DNA from: a virus
Lineage: Duplodnaviria > Caudoviricetes
DNA: 58,854 nt
IMG/VR virus record: IMGVR_UViG_3300028025_000002
Span: 1 to 58,854 of that record
Reading direction: 5' to 3' (one strand)
Position 1 is the first letter of the stretch; every line of letters begins with the position of its first letter. The translations under genes were made by a program, and so were the position numbers. A model generated the notes under the pieces. That model saw only the letters and a program-made list of their open reading frames with translations, had not been told where the DNA came from and made no database searches. This document shows positions 54,366 through 58,854 of this stretch, one piece after another.

Positions 54366-54908
54366 ATGGACAACGCATTATCAGTAACACCGATAGACGA
54401 TTTTGAAATCGTTGAAGAACCAGCCCGTGAGCCATTCGTCGTTGATGACGATTCAAAAGCAGATTGGGCTATGAGAAAACTTGCATCTATTCGACGCAAG
54501 CAATCAGATAACAAAGCCATCTTTGACCGAGAGGTCAAGAGAGTCGCAGAATGGCTAGATAAGGTCAATACAGACCTCGAAAGAGATGCTGAGTGGTTTG
54601 AGGCGAACCTACGCCCTTACGCCCTTCAGGAGCGCTCTAAAGACCGTAAAAGCATAGTTCTGCCCCACGGCACCATCAAAACTATTTCAGGTCGAGTTAA
54701 GTTCGATATTGAGGATGAATCCAAGTTCCTTGAATGGGCTGAAACCAATGCACCTGAATTAGTTCGAGTTAAAAAAGAAATTGATAAAAAAGCCCTAGGT
54801 GCTTTGAATCAGTCAGAAGATAAAGTAATATCAACCCAAGGAGAAATTGTTCCTTCAGTCAAAGTTGTACCCGCTGAAGTATCAGTTTCGTTTGTAATCG
54901 CGGAATAG
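54366..54908 (+). CDS. Mu Gam-like DNA end-binding protein
   Basis: F.V.D...ADWA.RKL...KS..LPHG...V.VK.E.DK. Confidence 0.8.
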   Translation: MDNALSVTPIDDFEIVEEPAREPFVVDDDSKADWAMRKLASIRRKQSDNKAIFDREVKRVAEWLDKVNTDLERDAEWFEANLRPYALQERSKDRKSIVLPHGTIKTISGRVKFDIEDESKFLEWAETNAPELVRVKKEIDKKALGALNQSEDKVISTQGEIVPSVKVVPAEVSVSFVIAE

Positions 54909-54919
54909 AGAGAGGGAAC

Positions 54920-55591
54920 ATGGAAAACAAATTACCTATCGCTCAAGCATTGAGTGAAGTTATGAAAGCAGTCGGAGCAATCTCAAAGAAGGACAAGAAT
55001 ACAGCCCAAGGATTTAACTTCCGAGGAATTGATTCAGTCGTCAATGCGGTCTCACCAGCACTTCAAAAGTTTGGCGTAGTTGTTGTGCCTTCAGTTGAAG
55101 AGTACGACTATCAAACAGTTGAGATTGGACGCAACCGAACAGCAATGGGTCATGTAAGAGTCAAAGTGACTTACACATTTATCGGAGTAAACGGCGATGC
55201 AATTAAAGCAACAGTAGTTGGAGAAGCAATGGACTCAGGCGATAAGGCAACAGCCAAAGCCATGTCAGTTGCTTTTCGTACTGCTCTACTTCAATCGCTA
55301 TCACTACCAACTGATGAAGTAGACCCTGATGCACATTCTTATGAGCGTTCAAGTGCTAACGATGTTTTAGCGCCCGAGGCTCTTATTACAAAGATAAATC
55401 AAGCAACCACGATTGAATCTTTATCTGAAGTCGGTCAGTACATAACCGCGAACAAGGACGCTTACCCCGTTGGACTTCTTGACCAATTCCGTGCCAAGTT
55501 CAAAGAGCAACAATCTAAATTGAACCCGCCAAAACTGGAAGAGGAAATTGAAGATGTCAGCACTATTGAATCAGCCCGAGTTACCGTATAA
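54920..55591 (+). CDS. ERF family ssDNA-annealing protein
   Basis: K...N..QGF.FRGID.V...GEA.DSGDKAT.KAMS.A. Confidence 0.85.
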   Translation: MENKLPIAQALSEVMKAVGAISKKDKNTAQGFNFRGIDSVVNAVSPALQKFGVVVVPSVEEYDYQTVEIGRNRTAMGHVRVKVTYTFIGVNGDAIKATVVGEAMDSGDKATAKAMSVAFRTALLQSLSLPTDEVDPDAHSYERSSANDVLAPEALITKINQATTIESLSEVGQYITANKDAYPVGLLDQFRAKFKEQQSKLNPPKLEEEIEDVSTIESARVTV

Positions 55592-55931
55592 CGGTACTTC
55601 AGGACATAGCGGAACAGATACTTCTAAGGAGCGAGCGCTTAACGCAGACAGGTCAGGAAAAACTGCCTTGCGTCAAGCGCAAGCCTTAAACCTTCTATCT
55701 CAACGAAAGATGTCAGGTTTAACTTGGAAAGAACTCTCCGATATAACTGGACTTCACCACGGAACCGCTTCGGGTGTATTGTCCGTCCTTCATAAAACTG
55801 GACGCATCGCCCGTCTTAAAGAGAGTCGGGATGGTTGTAAAGTTTATGTTGATGTGGCTTGTATTGAAGGTCGAGTAATTGAAAGTCAAGGGCGCAAAAA
55901 ATGTTGCCCTCATTGTGGAGGTAATTTGTGA
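55554..55931 (+). CDS. Winged-HTH protein with C-terminal Zn knuckle
   Basis: GLTWKEL...G.HHG.ASG.LS.LH..G.I.RL; CPHCG. Confidence 0.7.
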   Translation: MSALLNQPELPYNGTSGHSGTDTSKERALNADRSGKTALRQAQALNLLSQRKMSGLTWKELSDITGLHHGTASGVLSVLHKTGRIARLKESRDGCKVYVDVACIEGRVIESQGRKKCCPHCGGNL

Positions 55932-56644
55932 GCATTAGATGGATTACAAAAGTTTGGTCAGACTCGCCTTATGACGGGACTCGCCTACTTATTCATCTAG
56001 CGCTCGCAGATATTTCTCATGATGATGGTCGCTTCTTTGCATCTCAATCCAATCTCGCAACCAAGGGTCGATGCTCTGTTGAGTATGTCCGAAAAGTCAT
56101 TAACGAGATGATTGCGGACGGACACTTGAAGATTATTACAAAGGGAAACTCTCGGGGTAATGCAACTGTGTATCAGTTGATATGGAAGAAACTACCCAAC
56201 TCTGTTGGGGAGGAACAAAGTTTAGGAGAGGTAGAACTCCCCAACTCAGATACCCCCAACTCCCCAACTATGGAGCCTCAACTCCCCAACGCCACTCCGT
56301 ACCATCCGTCCTATACATCCGTCCTATCTACAACAAAGAGCGACGAAACTGCTATCGCAGTTGTCGCGCTCTCAGAAGCAGTTGCTAGAAAATGGTGGGA
56401 GAAGCAAAGAGTTAAACCTCTAGGTAAAAGTGCATGGCACTCGTTGTTAGCAATATGCCAAGCGGCAGAAAAGCGTGGCTATACAGCAGACCAAATTGAA
56501 CAGGCTTTGGATTACATCGGGACGGTTCCGTCAATGCGTCAAATGGATTTAGTTCTTAGGGGAGTAGGAGTTAAAACAAAACATGAACAATCAGCAATTA
56601 GAGCAATCGACTTGGCAGAAAAGTTCCGCAATGAGTCTCTCTGA
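55928..56644 (+). CDS. Replication initiator (HTH) with internal iterons
   Basis: L...LALAD...D.G..F.S...LA......V...I; Pro-Asn low-complexity middle encoded by repeats. Confidence 0.75.
   Translation: MSIRWITKVWSDSPYDGTRLLIHLALADISHDDGRFFASQSNLATKGRCSVEYVRKVINEMIADGHLKIITKGNSRGNATVYQLIWKKLPNSVGEEQSLGEVELPNSDTPNSPTMEPQLPNATPYHPSYTSVLSTTKSDETAIAVVALSEAVARKWWEKQRVKPLGKSAWHSLLAICQAAEKRGYTADQIEQALDYIGTVPSMRQMDLVLRGVGVKTKHEQSAIRAIDLAEKFRNESL
56191..56290. repeat. Iteron-like CCCCAAC repeats (putative origin)
   Basis: About five direct (C)CCCAAC(T) copies plus one inverted gttggggag inside the initiator gene. Confidence 0.65.
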
Positions 56645-57023
56645 CCTAGCCATCCTTTTAGGATTTATTGGAATCTATGACCTACGAATCCAAGTCGATG
56701 AGTTAAAGGTTCGTGCATGGGCTGAGTCCTTGGATTCAGATGTGCCTTTAGATGAAGCGAAGAAAATCGTTTCTTATCATTATTCAAACCATGACACGGC
56801 AATTACCCCGTCACACATAAATCGAGAATGGCGTCGTAGAATAGCCGACGCACGGGAACGCGAGCGCTCGCGGTTGATGTCTCTTGAATATCAAGAGTTA
56901 GAAAAGAAAAAAGCCTCACCTGAGTTTGTAGCACAAATTAAAAAAGAGTTACTTGATAAATTGAACAGAGGTACAAATGCTCCGTTGGAAGAAGATAATG
57001 GAACGGTGGCACCTAACTCATGA
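56631..57023 (+). CDS. Helicase loader/inhibitor-like protein (G39P-like, putative)
   Basis: LL..I..YD.R...V.AW...L...A...V..HY....I.P..I; follows the initiator. Confidence 0.6.
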   Translation: MSLSDLAILLGFIGIYDLRIQVDELKVRAWAESLDSDVPLDEAKKIVSYHYSNHDTAITPSHINREWRRRIADARERERSRLMSLEYQELEKKKASPEFVAQIKKELLDKLNRGTNAPLEEDNGTVAPNS

Positions 57024-57122
57024 AGATGTTTCGATTTGTCGGTTGGTACAGCAGGTGGCGATTCAAACGAACTCAGAGATATGCCCTGCTTGCTTGGACG
57101 CCATCGCGGATGAAAGACTCCA

Positions 57123-57512
57123 ATGGCAAAGGCTAAACCAAACAGAGTTTCTGAATCAACAAGATGGCAAGTCCTAGCCCGTTCTTTCTATAAATGTGAA
57201 AGATGCGATAGAGATTTCATAGGGTTTCCAATGTCGGTTCATCATCGCCGTCCAAGAATGATGGGTGGTTCAAAAAATGAAATGCTTCATGAACCAGCAA
57301 ACTTAATTGTTTTATGTGGTACTGGAACTAGCGGTTGTCATGGTTGGGTTGAATCCAATCGAGCCAAAGCCCGTGAACTCGGCTACCTAATTCAAAAGAT
57401 TGAGTCGGCTGAAGAGATTCCATTTCAAGATGAAACTGGTACTTGGTGGAACATTGACAATCTCGGACGAAAAACCCAACTGGACATGATTAGGACTAAC
57501 CCTCATGCTTGA
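57123..57512 (+). CDS. HNH endonuclease
   Basis: CERC...HHR.PR.MGG...NL..LCG.GT.GCHG.VE. Confidence 0.85.
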   Translation: MAKAKPNRVSESTRWQVLARSFYKCERCDRDFIGFPMSVHHRRPRMMGGSKNEMLHEPANLIVLCGTGTSGCHGWVESNRAKARELGYLIQKIESAEEIPFQDETGTWWNIDNLGRKTQLDMIRTNPHA

Positions 57513-57515
57513 CCT

Positions 57516-57923
57516 ATGGAATGTTTTTGTCAGATTGATGAAGCCGAGCAGACGATTTATCGTCTTGAGTTCAATCAGCGACCTTGGACGACAAATGCTG
57601 AACGCGCTGGCAATAGATGGGAGCGAGCAAAACTTACTAAGGAATGGCGCTCGGGTTTTCAACTCTTGGCTAAATATGAGAAGATACCGCCTATGGCGTG
57701 GATTACCGTTACGGTGGAACCACATCAGAAGGGTGGTCGCTTACAGGATGTAGGGGCGTGTAATCCCTCAGTTAAAGCGGCGATTGACGGACTTGTAGAT
57801 GCAGGAGTTCTTCCTGATGATTCTTCACAGTTTGTTAAGTCGTTAGTTTTTCTGCCACCTAAGAACGACAAAAATTCGTTAGTTATTTATATTCGAGGAG
57901 TTAAGAAGGAGAGGACATATTGA
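57516..57923 (+). CDS. RusA-like Holliday junction resolvase
   Basis: D......K..IDGLVDAGV..DD. Confidence 0.78.
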   Translation: MECFCQIDEAEQTIYRLEFNQRPWTTNAERAGNRWERAKLTKEWRSGFQLLAKYEKIPPMAWITVTVEPHQKGGRLQDVGACNPSVKAAIDGLVDAGVLPDDSSQFVKSLVFLPPKNDKNSLVIYIRGVKKERTY

Positions 57924-58126
57924 ACTGGAATTTAATATGGACAGTAGTTGGATTAGCGGTTGCTAGTTTTTTCGTACTGCCGTTTTATCTCGCAATGTTA
58001 ATTGCGTATAAGAAATCTGTTATGAAGATTGAATTGGAATTTGTTGCAACAGCAAACTCTATTCAAAAGAAGGTTAAGTTTGATGATGCTGTCGAACGCC
58101 TGTTCGAAGAAGGAGAAGTTATATGA
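57920..58126 (+). CDS. Small membrane protein
   Basis: N-terminal TM helix; GGAG RBS. Confidence 0.6.
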   Translation: MNWNLIWTVVGLAVASFFVLPFYLAMLIAYKKSVMKIELEFVATANSIQKKVKFDDAVERLFEEGEVI

Positions 58127-58422
58127 GTACAGTTATGGAAGCAACAGAGTTAGACGGCAAAGGACTTGATGAAGTCAAACTACTTACCGATGCTATCCGT
58201 ACCCATCAGGTACAGATTCAAGATTTAGGTAAACGCCGTAAGCAGTTGATTCTTCGACTTCGTAAACAGCGCATCACATATCGTGAAATTGCCGAAGCAA
58301 TGGGAGTATCCGAGCAGTTGATTTACAAAATCATCCGCAATGATATTTCTCGTACACCCGAGTACGACGCTCAAGGCAAACTAATTCGTAGACGAGGGCG
58401 ACCAGCGAAACCTGTTGCCTAA
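58123..58422 (+). CDS. HTH DNA-binding protein with AT-hook-like RGRP tail
   Basis: TYREIAEAMGVSEQLIYKII; RRRGRP. Confidence 0.75.
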   Translation: MSTVMEATELDGKGLDEVKLLTDAIRTHQVQIQDLGKRRKQLILRLRKQRITYREIAEAMGVSEQLIYKIIRNDISRTPEYDAQGKLIRRRGRPAKPVA

Positions 58423-58854
58423 TGAAGTTCATAGAGTTATTCGCAGGAGTTGGTGCGTTCAGACTCGGACTTGAAAGAACTGGTCATGAGTGTGTGTGGG
58501 CTAACGAATGGTTAGAGAGACCTAGGAGTATTTATGCACGAAACTTCGGACACCAACCTGACGGACGAGATATTAGAGATGTTTCCGCTGGAGACATTCC
58601 TGATGCCGACCTCCTCGTTGGAGGATTCCCTTGTGCGACTTTTTCAGTTGCAGGAAAGCGAACTGGATTCTCTTTGGATGACACCCGAGGGACACTCGCT
58701 TTTGAAATGTTTAGACTCGCTCGCGACAAAGGGATACCGTACTTACTCTTTGAGAATGTTAAAGGACTCCTCAATCACGACGGAGGAAGAACCTTCGAAA
58801 TCATCCTTGAAGTCTTGGATGGCATGGGGTATGACTGTCAATGGGAATTGCTTG
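58422..58854 (+). CDS. C5 cytosine DNA methyltransferase, N-terminal part (continues at 1-765; about 356 aa joined)
   Basis: ATG overlaps the upstream TAA; motif I ELFAGVG, motif IV GGFPCATFS, motif VI FENVKG; missing from the ORF track because the contig end truncates it. Confidence 0.95.
   Translation, partial: MKFIELFAGVGAFRLGLERTGHECVWANEWLERPRSIYARNFGHQPDGRDIRDVSAGDIPDADLLVGGFPCATFSVAGKRTGFSLDDTRGTLAFEMFRLARDKGIPYLLFENVKGLLNHDGGRTFEIILEVLDGMGYDCQWELL
58728..58854. repeat. Terminal direct repeat, copy 2 (probably a k=127 assembly overlap)
   Basis: Exact copy of 1-127. Confidence 0.97.

Noticed and set aside
57123-57512. HNH gene as a mobile intron or homing element
   Set aside because: It is free-standing, interrupts no gene and has no visible intron structure.
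58728-58854. 127-bp end repeat as a biological terminal repeat
   Set aside because: The length equals a common assembler k-mer and it falls in the middle of the MTase gene; it shows circularity only.

Overview
This window is very likely a complete, circularly permuted genome (about 58,727 bp) of a long-tailed dsDNA phage. Positions 1-127 repeat exactly at 58728-58854, which looks like an assembler k-mer overlap. The host is probably an actinobacterium: there are two WhiB genes, an actinobacterial-type SSB, an SLT/Rpf-like transglycosylase and leaderless genes, and the moderate-to-low GC would fit freshwater lineages (inference). Gene order: C5 cytosine MTase (split by the contig ends), CmoA-like enzyme, tandem ParB, terminase; an early/accessory block (HDAC-family deacetylase, Ntn/HslV-like protease, nuclease, SprT-like peptidase, Pro/Thr-rich secreted protein, ART-like protein, WhiBs, SSB); portal, MuF, an effector cassette, XkdF-type protease, scaffold, capsid; fibre cassette; neck and tail; lysis; Gam/ERF/initiator/RusA replication block. 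I saw no integrase, DNA polymerase, tRNA or CRISPR. Highlights: (1) the MTase has a natural motif X Asn->Arg and motif IV Gln->Ala change and overlaps a CmoA-like gene, suggesting carboxymethylcytosine DNA modification; (2) six copies of a K-HG(D/E)HDQS(S/E)HGxW tag precede different cargo segments (two ARTs, GNAT, RelA/SpoT-like, unknowns) in the head module, one reachable only by a -1 frameshift; (3) a repeated AACCC(C/T)AGT promoter-spacer motif and a class of leaderless genes. All functional calls come from reading motifs by eye; no database searches were run.
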